Shown here: piece by piece, positions 1 through 9,607 of the stretch
Layout: each line of letters opens with the position of its first letter
Numbering within the stretch: the first letter of the stretch is position 1
Assembly: GCA_963837175.1 (NCBI GenBank)
Contig: CAWIMJ010000001.1
Coordinates: 1 to 16,703 of the forward strand
Length of the DNA stretch: 16,703 bases
Origin: an uncultured Nitrososphaeraceae archaeon
Lineage (GTDB): Archaea; Thermoproteota; Nitrososphaeria; Nitrososphaerales; Nitrososphaeraceae
Direction: 5' to 3'
Position numbers and translations under genes: made by a program
The notes under the pieces: model-generated
The model's database searches: none
The model's input: the letters and a program-made list of their open reading frames with translations, nothing else
What the model was told of the DNA's origin: nothing

Positions 1-2
1 TT

Positions 3-122
3 GATGTATTTGGTCAAGAGTCAGAACCCATATGTAACTATTATAGATGCCATCACAAGTTTTCATTTCACAGTCTCAATAGTCATATTTGTCATTGTAA
101 ACATCCAAAGAACATACTATAG
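3..122 (+). CDS. 3' end of a small Cys/His-rich (putative metal-binding) hypothetical protein, partial at window edge
   Basis: Manual translation from base 3: DVFGQESEPICNYYRCHHKFSFHSLNSHICHCKHPKNIL*, stop TAG at 120-122. Pattern C-x4-C-H-H...H...C-x-C-x-H. Not in the ORF track. Confidence 0.6.
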   Translation, partial: DVFGQESEPICNYYRCHHKFSFHSLNSHICHCKHPKNIL

Positions 123-140
123 GGGTATCAAAAAGTATCC

Positions 141-1327
141 ATGAAAGATAGTAAATACTCGCCATCATCATCACCACCATTACAAAATGAGGAGGAGAAT
201 GTAGTTACAGATTCTCCTCTAGAGAGAGTATACTTGATGAATGTCTGGATAGGTTAAAAATAAAGCACAATAGCCAAATTAGTAAAAAAGCTTTTGAATC
301 TATCAAAAAGATTAATGTTGAGAAGATAAACACTTATGGAAAATGGATTATATCTATGAAGGCAATAGCAGAGTCGTGTGCAACTAATAAGCATATCTTT
401 TCCCAATCAGAAATAAATGATTTTTTAATTATAGCAGCAACATCTGCTAATCTTTATCCAATGAGCATTTATGAGGAGGAGGAGAAAGGAGGAAAAGAAG
501 AACAAGATAAAATACGCGGAGTAAAAGTAACAACAACAACACCAGCACACTTAGAAAAAAAATCAGAAATAGTAAAAGCTACAATATTTGAAATCTCTAA
601 AGATATTATGGAAAATTATCAGAGTTCCAACGAGAGGTTAAAAACAAATTATCCACAAATTATTGTTGATGTTGTATCAGGTTTTGCTAAAGGAATAGAT
701 ACTGAAGGTAAGAGAATAACTACGTATGGTATAAAGAGTTATTATCAATATAGAAAATTAAACATTGATAAGGCTACTACTACTACTACTACTGCCCATG
801 TCACAACCTTTGATACTATACACAAGAAAAAAGGATATTCAAACAATATATTCAAGTCAAGACCCATGTCGTCACCATCATCATCAAACTACTACTACTA
901 TAACAACAACATCATCAGTGAAGAGGAAAAAAGTAAATTAATTGAAAATCTTAATCAGATTACTGGCAGAAGTAAAAAAGCATTAGAATTGTCACTTGCT
1001 GACTTGCAGCTTGCAGATACAATAAGAATGAGAGATCTTTGTTTTAACTATGGTAAATTACAAAAATACTGTGAGCTGATAATAAGAGACTCTGAAGAGA
1101 AATTTAAAGTAGATCTTCAAAAGGAGCTTGGAAGAAATCTGACTGATTATCAACTCCAACATGCTATAACCTCATTAAGAAAAGCAAGATCCTATATTGA
1201 AAATGTTCTTGATAATAAATTTATACTACATGGTTCTCATGGGATTAACCATATTAAACACAATTTAGAATATGGATATCAGCTGATGGAAATAATGCAA
1301 CCCAGTAGAAGGTTAAGAAGAAAGTAA
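141..1327 (+). CDS. Hypothetical protein (~395 aa), probably frameshifted at an (AG)4 run; the main ORF is 356-1327
   Basis: The 323-aa ORF frame stays open upstream to 191 (SILDECLDRLKIKHNSQ...). The ATG at 141 (MKDSKYSPSSSPPLQNEEE...) joins it if one AG is removed from agagagag at 221-228. Contains poly-T/S/Y/N tracts and a C-terminal HGSHGINHIKH motif. Confidence 0.65.
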
Positions 1328-2459
1328 AATAATAATAATAAATAATAATACTACCTTGTAAGACCATCAAAAATGTCTTGTTATTTATATGACATGCAAT
1401 AGCAATAGCAACAACAACACTTTCCATCTATTTTGTCTTTGACGCAATACATAGCATATATTTCCATTCTTCAATAACTCATAAGTATGCTCATTTCGAG
1501 CTTTTATCGTGTTTCATCTATGATGAATTTAAGCAGTTCATTTTGGATGAGTACCTTAACACACATGCTTCTCCTACTTATCCTCTATTCCAATGAACAA
1601 CTACTACAATTTTCATTATGACAAATATTGAGTTCATACTCTAAACATTACTATATGTTATTGAAGTATACCTTTGAACCCAAATATTCTTTTAGATTGT
1701 TGTTTATTTTGATTGGTAACGTTTTACTTAACGATAATATTGATATAGTTTCATAGTCTAGTATGGTTTTTTCTGACTTAATAATTATAAGCACTAAAAA
1801 ATAACGATCATGTAATACCCTGTGTGATGAAATTAAATATACGTATAGTTAGGTTTTATGATGCCCACTAAATAACATTAGAATATAATTTTCTTTTAGT
1901 GCACTTTTTAGTCATTTTGCCTAAGCTATCAAGAGAGCCCGGTTAACTATATCATCCATGGTATCTCCGTACTGACTTGTATTCAGGTCATTATGAGTGC
2001 GCTAAGCTATCTTAATCTTTACATTGTCATATGGTAACATGAATACAATTCAGATAATATTATTAACGCATTAATGCATTTTAGTCGTTTAATTCAATTT
2101 ACTTGTTAAAAACCAGTTAACTAGACAGCTAAAAGTTTATCACATTTCTAAATCTCACTTTCTAATGTGTTGAAGCGTTTGGTCGGCCGGATTTAATTTT
2201 AATACAATCAGGAGTGATCCAATCATGGTCTACGCTTTACTCTAGTGTAAAGGAGTTCGAGATTGATCTATTTTGTTTTATATTATTTTGTATAACCATA
2301 TTATAAATAGTTTAATTTATCTAGATAGTGATTGTATGTAGTAATCTTTTTTGCAGGAGATTTTTGTGAACCTTTGTTTCTTTGTCTTGCTTATTTATTT
2401 AGAGGAAAGATGTATGTGAAATAATGTAGCATACTCCGTTTTCAATTCCTATAAATGAA

Positions 2460-2481
2460 TGGTGCGGTCACCGGGACTTGA
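2460..2481 (-). other. tRNA 3'-end fragment (tRNA-Gly-like), possible attachment-site scar
   Basis: Minus strand reads TCAAGT CCCGG TGACCGC A CCA: T-loop tail, T-stem 3' arm, acceptor 3' arm, discriminator A and CCA. No T-stem 5' arm or rest of a tRNA lies upstream. Confidence 0.7.
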
Positions 2482-2520
2482 CATCCACATATAGGGAAGG
2501 TCAGTAATTAATTTTAATGT

Positions 2521-3443
2521 TATGGTTTTGCAGTTTTGCAGTATGACAAGAGAGGCGTAGGTGCGAATTTCACATTATTGGATAGCAACGTATGGGGAAT
2601 GCTACATTTGACGATCTAAGACGAGATGCAGAGAAGGCGCTTGATGTTCTTGGTACAGCAACCAGAAGTTGATTCTAACAATGTAATTTTAGTTGGACAT
2701 AGCGAGGGTAAAACGATTGTCCCAAGAGTCGCAATCAACAATCCAGGAATAGTGAGATAACATTGTGCTGATGGGGGCGGTAGCACAGAACTTGCGGGAA
2801 ATGGGATACTTCCAGGTGTTATCACACCAATACTCTATGCTCAACAGGTTCTAGACCATAATCATAATGAATTGATATCCTTACAAGAAGCGTCAGAGAA
2901 TCCTCTTTTCACCACTTGCTGGGAAATCTCACTCTAGTTCTTACTCAAAACGTTACTACTGCTAATGGAACAGTCGAGCAACTCAATCCCCAATATAACA
3001 TAAATAACGACATGTCCATAAGCATTAAATGAACTCAAACCCAGGTTAATAGACCGAATCTCAAATCATTATCAATGTGACACAAGGTAAGGAGTGCGTT
3101 TGATAAATGTCCTATTTGGCTTACATCACATTACGCCCTGACATCTACTTTAGATATTATCGGCAAAGTTCCTTCCGATGTATCTATTCTAATTCAACAA
3201 GGAAAGAACGATACAGACACCCCAATACAACAAGCATATCTTTTACAACAAAAACTAACAGAAGTAAGACATCCTGATCATACGTTGATAACATATCCGG
3301 ACCTCGGCCATTTGTTCTATCCTTCATCTCAATGGGAGACTGCCATAGGACCAATACAAGGATATGTTCTACAAGATTTTTTTGGCTGGCTTTCAGACCC
3401 AGTCAGAGGCTTTAAGGAATTTACCATTTTGCGACAAGAATGA
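2521..3443 (+). pseudogene. Alpha/beta-fold hydrolase (serine aminopeptidase S33/S9-like), 5'-truncated, with multiple frameshifts
   Basis: Stitched frames give GFAVLQYDKRGVG ... ILVGHSEG (nucleophile Ser at 2701-2703) ... NIVLMGA ... ILIQQGKNDTDTP (acid) ... TYPDLGHLF (His) ... FTILRQE*. The N-terminal oxyanion-loop region is not visible. Confidence 0.85.
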
Positions 3444-3482
3444 ATGGTAGTTTTAGTTGGGGCATGTGGGCCCAGAGGGATG

Positions 3483-3500
3483 CAAATGAAAATTCATTTG
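3483..3500. terminator. Short hairpin between convergent genes, possible terminator
   Basis: CAAATGAA-aa-TTCATTTG is a perfect 8-bp inverted repeat, with a T-run shortly downstream. Confidence 0.3.
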
Positions 3501-3674
3501 AATCCTTTTTCCAAGGTTTCTCTGAAAACAAAGAAGATAGTATAATTATATTGGCTCAGCAGGTTTTGAGTCTTGCTGATAGTGGTTATTTCTGCATATA
3601 TCATCAGAGAGACTTTTAAAGATCCTCAAAAGAGCAAAAGCAATGTCAATCAAGCATCATGTTATGGCTATAAA

Positions 3675-5874
3675 TTAGAAGGTTAGATATTGATTATGAT
3701 TGTCTAAATGAACCTTCCAGTCTAAATTATGTTCCTTCTCCCATTCATAACTTTGAGTATCGTTATCTTTAGCAACAATCCAAAAATCATAATTTCCACC
3801 GATACGGTCACCAGCCTTATTGAGTTTTATTTTCCCTGATATTCCGTCAAATGAATCAGCAGTTTCAACAACGATCTCCTTAAATGATTTGGTTAAATTT
3901 TCATTATTATTCATGGTTAAGGTATTATTTTTATCAAGGCTTAGCGAGGCTATCCAATAAGAATCATAAGCTAGTGCAGGATATGTTATTGAACTTACTT
4001 CATGTAATTGTTTTTCTAATACTTCTTTCAGATCATGAGATTTCTTTGACTCACTATCTATTGAATATAAAGGATTAGAAAGATTTACTTTCATTGCAAA
4101 TGATGCTGAATCAACATTCTTTGTTATCTGATGATTTTGTGCTATGTTATCACTGCCATACCATCTTACTTTCCCTAGGTCTTCATAAAGGGTGGATTGG
4201 ATTAAAATAGGTGTTATCTCGTCAAAAGATATTACATATACACCTACAGAATTAGCACCATATTTTTTTACTGCATCAGAGACTATTGCATTTAATTTTT
4301 CTAATTCTTGATTCCACATTAGGAAATTTATCCTATGTAAACTAGTGGCAAATTTCCCTGTGTGGGGTTTATAATTAATACCCTCTTCTACTTCTCCTCC
4401 TAGTTTTTCAAAATGAGATTTAGTAGATTTATAGAGCTCATTTCCATATATACCACCTCTCCAAATGGGAACAATAACTTTTATACCGTCACTAATCATT
4501 CTTTCTGCAACTATTTTTCCTTGGTTTGTATCATCAGGAACTAACCGAAAAAGATTGTCTCCTTCGATGGAAAGTAATGGCGAAGTACTGGAGTAACTAA
4601 TAAGGATGATGTTATTAGCATCTGCATATTCTTTGGCAGCGTAAACTGCAGTACCGATTGCAGGTCCTACAATGATTTTTGCACCATTTTCATGCAATTT
4701 TTTTATTGCTACGAGACTCTCTTCTGGACTTGTCTTTGAATCTGCCATTAATAAAGTGAAGTGAGATGATGAAGAATTAATGTCTTCAAAATGTTTGTTT
4801 ACATCATATTCAGCTTTTTCTAATGCTACCTTGACAGATTTACCGATAGAGGAAAAGGAACCAGTAAATGGTAAAATGGCGCCAACAACAAATTCCTTTC
4901 TACCGTCCTCATTATACTTTGATAAGAGTTGAGCATTAGAAGTCTTTTTTATGAAAAAATCTTTATTTTCATCACCGCTGAAAACATTTGTAAAATATAA
5001 ACCAGCAAATATTAGAAAGGATACTAATATAATGGAACCAAACAGAACCTTTTTGGAAGTTTCATTTCTAATCTTTCTATGAACCTTAAAAATGAGATCC
5101 TTTGACTGCCATTTGATAAAATATCTAAGATACCATATCAGACCTCCTGCAATTAATAAATAATGTGCAGACAATAATAAAGTAGACATCCATATTTGTT
5201 CAACAAATGCAGTTAGAACAATAATTGCAAACCAACTATCTCCAACAACTATTGCTAAAAATCCAATTAATTCGCAGATCCAAGGAATAAAGTGATGTTT
5301 TTCATTCTTTATTCCAAGGAGGATCATCAATGCAAGAACAGTTAGAATAGAATTTAACGTAGGATATGCTATGGTAACAATAAAGAGCATAAGGCCTCTG
5401 AAATTTGATAGTTCCGAAAGTTCTAGAGTCAAGTTTAATATGTATATCAAAAATAAACCTGTACCAGAGATTATTAAAAGAAGAAATTTTTTTATTTACA
5501 GTGTGACGAAGATTCCTATATATTATCTATCAATCTATATATTAGAAACCCATATGCAGACAATAAGAATAAATCTGCTAAAGAAGGTACAGGTGAGACA
5601 ATATCAAGTACTACCTCATAATATGCCCAGATCATATTCGCTATAAGCCAGAAAACAAGGCCAAGTGTTAGAAAAATATTAGTTTTATCTCTCCTTCCTT
5701 ACTATCTTTGTCCTTAAAGAGAATCATTGCAGAAAGCCCTGCAGCAATAAGAGAATTTATTATCAATATCCAATTTGAATAGATTAGTTTGCTCTCTGAG
5801 TCAGCTAAAACAATAATAGAATTTCCTATGACTATGGTGCTAATTACACCTAAAAAAAAATATAGAGGCTTCAA
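3675..5874 (-). CDS. Multi-pass membrane domain fused to a type I periplasmic-binding protein (LivK/branched-chain amino-acid ABC substrate-binding-like); three frameshifts in the 5' part, intact ORF 3675-5450
   Basis: The C-terminal domain has VGAILPFTG...ADSKTSP...IIVGP...LISYSSTSP...LFRLVPDD...AYDS...FDGISGKIKLNKAGDR. The 5668-5874 ORF links through DKTNIFLTLGLVFWLIANMIWAYYEVVLDIVSPVPSLADLFLLSAYGFLIYRLI and IIYRNLRHTVNKKI to the long ORF. Shifts lie near 5690, 5528 and 5488. Confidence 0.85.
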
Positions 5875-6322
5875 TTATTCTCTTCTCTTTATGATTATTA
5901 GTATTAATTATAAATTCTTTTTTTACTAAAACAATTTTTCGATAGTACATAAAAAATATATAAAATCCTTTCATAGTATTGTTAATAGCTATTAGTATGA
6001 ATTTTCAGTGAATAAAGATTGTTTGTATCTGTAAACCTTCATTTTATATTGAAGAAAATTCTTTCATAATTTAGTCTTATATATTGTAATCGATCAATTT
6101 GAATTAAAGATGAAGTTGTAATGGTGGTTTTATATTTAATATTTCCAAAAACAAATAATGTTATCGCTATAAAGTACTCCTCAATTCGTTTAGAGAATGT
6201 TATTGATTGTTATCTTACATATACCAATTAATATAATTACGCTGACATTACTTTAACATCATGATCATACGTTTTAGACAATAATAGATTTAGCTAAGTT
6301 AGTAAGCATACAACCCATTCGT

Positions 6323-6847
6323 TTGATTGGGAGCAATAATCCTTCTAGTAGAACAAGATTTGAGCAACTGTATAAACGAGAATCTGATGCAGATGTAAAG
6401 GAAAGAATGTTGCTTGTGTTAAATGTAGTATATGACAAACATATTCCTGCAGCACAGGTAGCAAGAGATCTTCACAGAAGCAGAACATGGGCTTCTGACT
6501 GGTTAAAGAGATACAGAGAAGAAGGTATAGAAGGATTAAAAAACAGAACAAAGAGTGGTAGACCACCAGACATACCGCAAGAGGTAGTATACAAGATAAA
6601 AAGCCAACTGTTATCCAGCAAGCAGGGTTGGACTACAAAACAGGTTAATGATATCATAATACGAGAAAGTGGTGTACAATATCATCAAATTTACATCTAC
6701 ACATTACTTCGAAAGTGGGGATTCAAACAGAAGGTACCAAGAAGAGTACATGTAAACACAGCATCAAAAAAAGAGAAAGAAGGTTTTAAAAAAGAGCAAG
6801 AAAGATACTATTGGATATTTCCAAAAAACAAAATGGATTCACTGTAG
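6323..6847 (+). CDS. IS630 transposase OrfA (helix-turn-helix / winged-helix DNA-binding part)
   Basis: AAQVARDLHRSRTWASDWLKRYREEGIEGL..SGRP and WTTKQV..LLRKWGF..KVPR..FKK, typical of IS630 N-termini. Confidence 0.92.
   Translation: MIGSNNPSSRTRFEQLYKRESDADVKERMLLVLNVVYDKHIPAAQVARDLHRSRTWASDWLKRYREEGIEGLKNRTKSGRPPDIPQEVVYKIKSQLLSSKQGWTTKQVNDIIIRESGVQYHQIYIYTLLRKWGFKQKVPRRVHVNTASKKEKEGFKKEQERYYWIFPKNKMDSL
6788..6794 (+). other. -1 programmed frameshift site A AAA AAG of the IS630 transposase
   Basis: ttt aaa aaa g. A -1 slip gives FKKRARKILLDISKKQNG, continuing into OrfB. Confidence 0.75.
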
Positions 6848-7350
6848 TATCACTTGATGAATCATTCTTCTTCTTCTATGATTCACTAGTAAGAAGAGTA
6901 TGGATAAGAAAAGATGAAAGACCAGTTGTAAGGATTACTGGATCTCATAAAGAGTCAGTTCTATTTGGCGCTACAAGTCTGGAAGGAAAACAACAGTTAT
7001 TTAGACAGTATGATTGGTTCAATGCAAATACATTTTTAGACTATCTAAAACAGATACATAGGAAATTTCCAAAATGTTACCTATTCCTGGATAAGGCAAA
7101 ACAGCATTACAAATCTAAAAAGGTACTGAAATATTTTGCTGACAATAAAGATAATTTGATTCCAGTATATCTTCCAACTGCATCTCCAGAATTCATGGTA
7201 CTTGAAGAAATATGGCATATAGCCAAAAACGATCTTCTAGTCCTACAATACTATTCATCTTTTACAGATTTCAGAAATAAAATATCTACATATTTTAGAA
7301 CAAAAAGGTTCGATCTGGATATGAGAAATTACCTAGTTGGAGATGAGTAA
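6811..7350 (+). CDS. IS630 transposase OrfB (DDE catalytic domain)
   Basis: SLDES ... LFLDKAKQHYKS ... YLPTASPEFMVLEEIW supply the D, D and E motifs. Confidence 0.92.
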   Translation: MDISKKQNGFTVVSLDESFFFFYDSLVRRVWIRKDERPVVRITGSHKESVLFGATSLEGKQQLFRQYDWFNANTFLDYLKQIHRKFPKCYLFLDKAKQHYKSKKVLKYFADNKDNLIPVYLPTASPEFMVLEEIWHIAKNDLLVLQYYSSFTDFRNKISTYFRTKRFDLDMRNYLVGDE

Positions 7351-7499
7351 GCATATTTATCTTAATTGGTATACTTTACACGAAGAAGCAAGCGCACAGG
7401 GTAGTAGTAAGTAATAGTTTCATTTTCAATATTGATTTAATTATCACCCCCCATTCCTTATTATAATCGCTACAAATTCACTTAATATTGAATAGAAAA

Positions 7500-7533
7500 C
7501 TCTACTACAAAAGCTATAGCTCTTGTTGTAGAG
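7500..7533. repeat. 34-bp imperfect palindrome
   Basis: CTCTACTACAAAAGCTA|TAGCTCTTGTTGTAGAG; 15 of 17 positions are complementary. Confidence 0.7.
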
Positions 7534-7758
7534 AAAATAGAATACATGCTCAACAAAGGCAAATTGTCAAGGCTTTAGGTAAGCATATAGATATAGAAGA
7601 TCCGTCACATACGAACTATATTGCTACGAATTTTCAATCGATAGTAGGGATGTTGATATTTGATATCGTTACTATAAAGAGGAATGCTGCAGTACTACAA
7701 AGATATGAAAATAATCATTGCATAACTACAAGTAAATTCCTAAGGAGCTGCATCTAGA

Positions 7759-8138
7759 ATGGTGAATATTGTTGAGACTTTTGGACCAACTGCAGCTACT
7801 CTAGGGGGTGGCTTCTTTGTAGGTGTTTTAATTGGTTATGCATTGAAGAAGGTGATTAAATTAGTAGCGGTAGTAGTTGGATTATTTTTAGCTGGATTAG
7901 CATATTTACAATATCATCAGATAGCTAACATAAACTGGAATAAACTTCAAACAATATCAGAAGGTGCTATCACCACACTTTCAAATGCAATAACACAGAT
8001 TCCAGGCATTAGTAATAATGGTAGTGTCGATAGCACCATGCTGCTCCAACAGCATCCTCATTAGCGATGACTAGCTTAGGTATTCCTCTTACAGGTAGTA
8101 TGTCAGCTGGATTTACTATTGGATTTATGAAAGGATGA
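7759..8138 (+). CDS. FUN14-domain membrane protein, one frameshift near 8030
   Basis: LGGGFFVGVLIGYALKKVIKLVAVVVGLFLAGLAYLQYHQIANINWNKL is FUN14-like. The expected C-terminus AMTSLGIPLTGSMSAGFTIGFMKG* is in another frame, ending at TGA 8136-8138. Confidence 0.85.
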
Positions 8139-8165
8139 TAGACCTTTATGCATAGCGTATAGAAA

Positions 8166-8192
8166 GTGAAAGCAGTGAAGGCTGTGAAGGCA
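8166..8192 (+). repeat. 9-bp tandem repeat, three copies
   Basis: GTGAAAGCA GTGAAGGCT GTGAAGGCA. Confidence 0.6.
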
Positions 8193-8381
8193 TACAGAGA
8201 ATACCTTCCTCAATAAACAAAATTATAATGCCATACTAGTTAGTATAGTGACTAATCTAAGCATAAATAATATTAGAAATGACAGTAATCTTAGTTATAT
8301 TACAATGATTCTGCAGTAACAAATAGTATTGGAAGGAGCGTATCTTCTGTAGTGCCATCATGAAGGTGTTCTACTCTCCTC

Positions 8382-8559
8382 TTACTCTTCTGGGGCTACC
8401 CTAAAGCCCTCTGATTCTAGTTTCATTCTTAACCTAGCATAGTCTGCAACTATTTCGTCAATCGCATCGCCATGAACTGTGACTCTAGCACCACGAGAGG
8501 TTTGTTCGATCTTGTATTTGTATGCCTTTATTGAAGGAGCCTGCGTCTGAGTTTGCCAA
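8382..8559 (-). CDS. Small hypothetical protein (~58 aa); start codon out of frame
   Basis: Manual translation QTQTQAPSIKAYKYKIEQTSRGARVTVHGDAIDEIVADYARLRMKLESEGFRVAPEE* looks protein-like (beta-beta-alpha pattern). The nearest TTG (8559-8557) is out of frame. Not in the ORF track. Confidence 0.55.
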
Positions 8560-8917
8560 TATTAAGCGATTGCATAAGAAAACTCGCATATATATCTGTG
8601 GATTTCTTTTAGCCGTTGGTCAGCAGGACATCGGTGAATTAGACAGTATGAATAATTAATGTCAGAACTGCAGAGACATACGAAATGCATCAAAGACGTA
8701 TAACAAAGATTCAGTCCACACAGATCCCTGGCATTGCAACTTTCTTGAATAGATAGAGGAGACATCACGGTATCTAGGTGGAAGGTTGGAATTATTGGAC
8801 CTGATCTTAAAAAGTAGACTCATCTTTTCTTTTATTATCTTCTCCTTGTCAAGATAATTCAATCGTATAATAAATGATGACAATATTTTTTATTTACTCT
8901 ATATATACTACTTTACA

Positions 8918-9385
8918 TTGCATTATAATAAGAATGTTATATTAATTGCTATTGCTATCTTTTTTGTGTTTTATGCCTCTGATATATCTTATTGGCCCGA
9001 AACTATAGGTTCAAACTCAACGTCATCCCATCTTATCAATTCTTCTGATAGCCAAGCAAATTTAAGTAGAATTGAAATTACATTAAATGATAGTCGATCT
9101 GCCAATGAAAACTGGATTATAACTATACTTACAACCCTTGCTGGGGCAGCAGGTGCAATAGGTGGGGGATTTGTGGCTTCATATGTAACACATCATTCTA
9201 GCAAAGAGGCTGAAAAAAGGATTATTGCAAGTTGATGATAAAAAAGAAGAGATTGATGAAAAATTAGAGGCAATAGTCAGAAAGAAGACGAAGGTATCCA
9301 GAAAATCATTTCGATATTAGAGAAGCTAAAAGAATCTGAAGAACTACCAAAAGTAGTAGAGAAGAAAGAAGAAGATAGGCTTTGA
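8918..9385 (+). CDS. Hypothetical membrane protein (signal/TM helix, Gly-rich TM helix, charged tail); two apparent frameshifts after ~9220
   Basis: ORF 8918-9235 has two hydrophobic segments. Alternative frames continue as LLQVDDKKEEIDEKLEAIV and KEDEGIQKIISILEKLKESEELPKVVEKKEEDRL*. Confidence 0.55.
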
Positions 9386-9607
9386 TAGGTTCTGGGACTG
9401 GATTGTCTTAAAGCTGAGTTGAAATAACTTTGAATTAAATAAGAAAAAATATCTTTAAGATAAGAGATGCCATTGAGAAAATATTGCGTACGCCTGTATA
9501 TTCTGCTACATTTTTGGTACTGTTATTGGCAGCAACTCAGTATTCACTATGGATTGAATTTTCTTCATTCTTGATTGCTAGCTCCGCGTGCTTAAACCTA
9601 ATCTAGG

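Larger units (their letters stand above)
6222..7371 (+). mobile_element. IS630-family insertion sequence, 1150 bp, apparently complete
   Basis: Left TIR TACCAATTAATATAATTACGCTGAC (6222-6246) versus reverse complement of the right end TACCAATTAAGATAAATATGCTTAC (7347-7371): 21/25 identical. TA flanks both ends (6220-6221, 7372-7373). Encodes a two-ORF transposase. Confidence 0.95.

Noticed and set aside
774-913. (ACT)n, (TCA)n and (AAC)n trinucleotide runs, also seen at about 10135-10285
   Set aside because: In-frame low-complexity coding tracts (poly-Thr/Ser/Tyr/Asn), not a separate element.
1380-1470. Minus-strand 28-aa ORF MEIYAMYCVKDKIDGKCCCCYCYCMSYK as a metallothionein/RiPP precursor
   Set aside because: The Cys run comes from a (CAA)/(GCAATA) microsatellite, and no modifying enzymes are nearby.
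1921-2011. 10-bp direct repeat CTAAGCTATC, two copies
   Set aside because: Only two short copies; could be chance.
2181-2197. GTCGGCCGGATTTAA as a third tRNA fragment
   Set aside because: Too short and degenerate, with no CCA or complete acceptor arm.
2616-2825. 69-aa minus-strand ORF
   Set aside because: Antisense shadow of the hydrolase pseudogene.
3884-5646. Plus-strand ORFs 3884-4078 and 5371-5646
   Set aside because: Antisense to the sensor/binding-protein gene, with no recognisable motifs.
6345-6657. Two minus-strand ORFs inside the IS
   Set aside because: Shadows of transposase OrfA.
7488-7757. 89-aa ORF upstream of FUN14
   Set aside because: TTG start, no recognisable motif and it spans a palindrome; it cannot be supported as a gene.
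8562-8883. Two short minus-strand ORFs, one Cys-rich
   Set aside because: They overlap each other and show no convincing motif. Stop readthrough into the 8382-8561 frame was considered, but the stop is TAA, so Sec/Pyl recoding does not apply.
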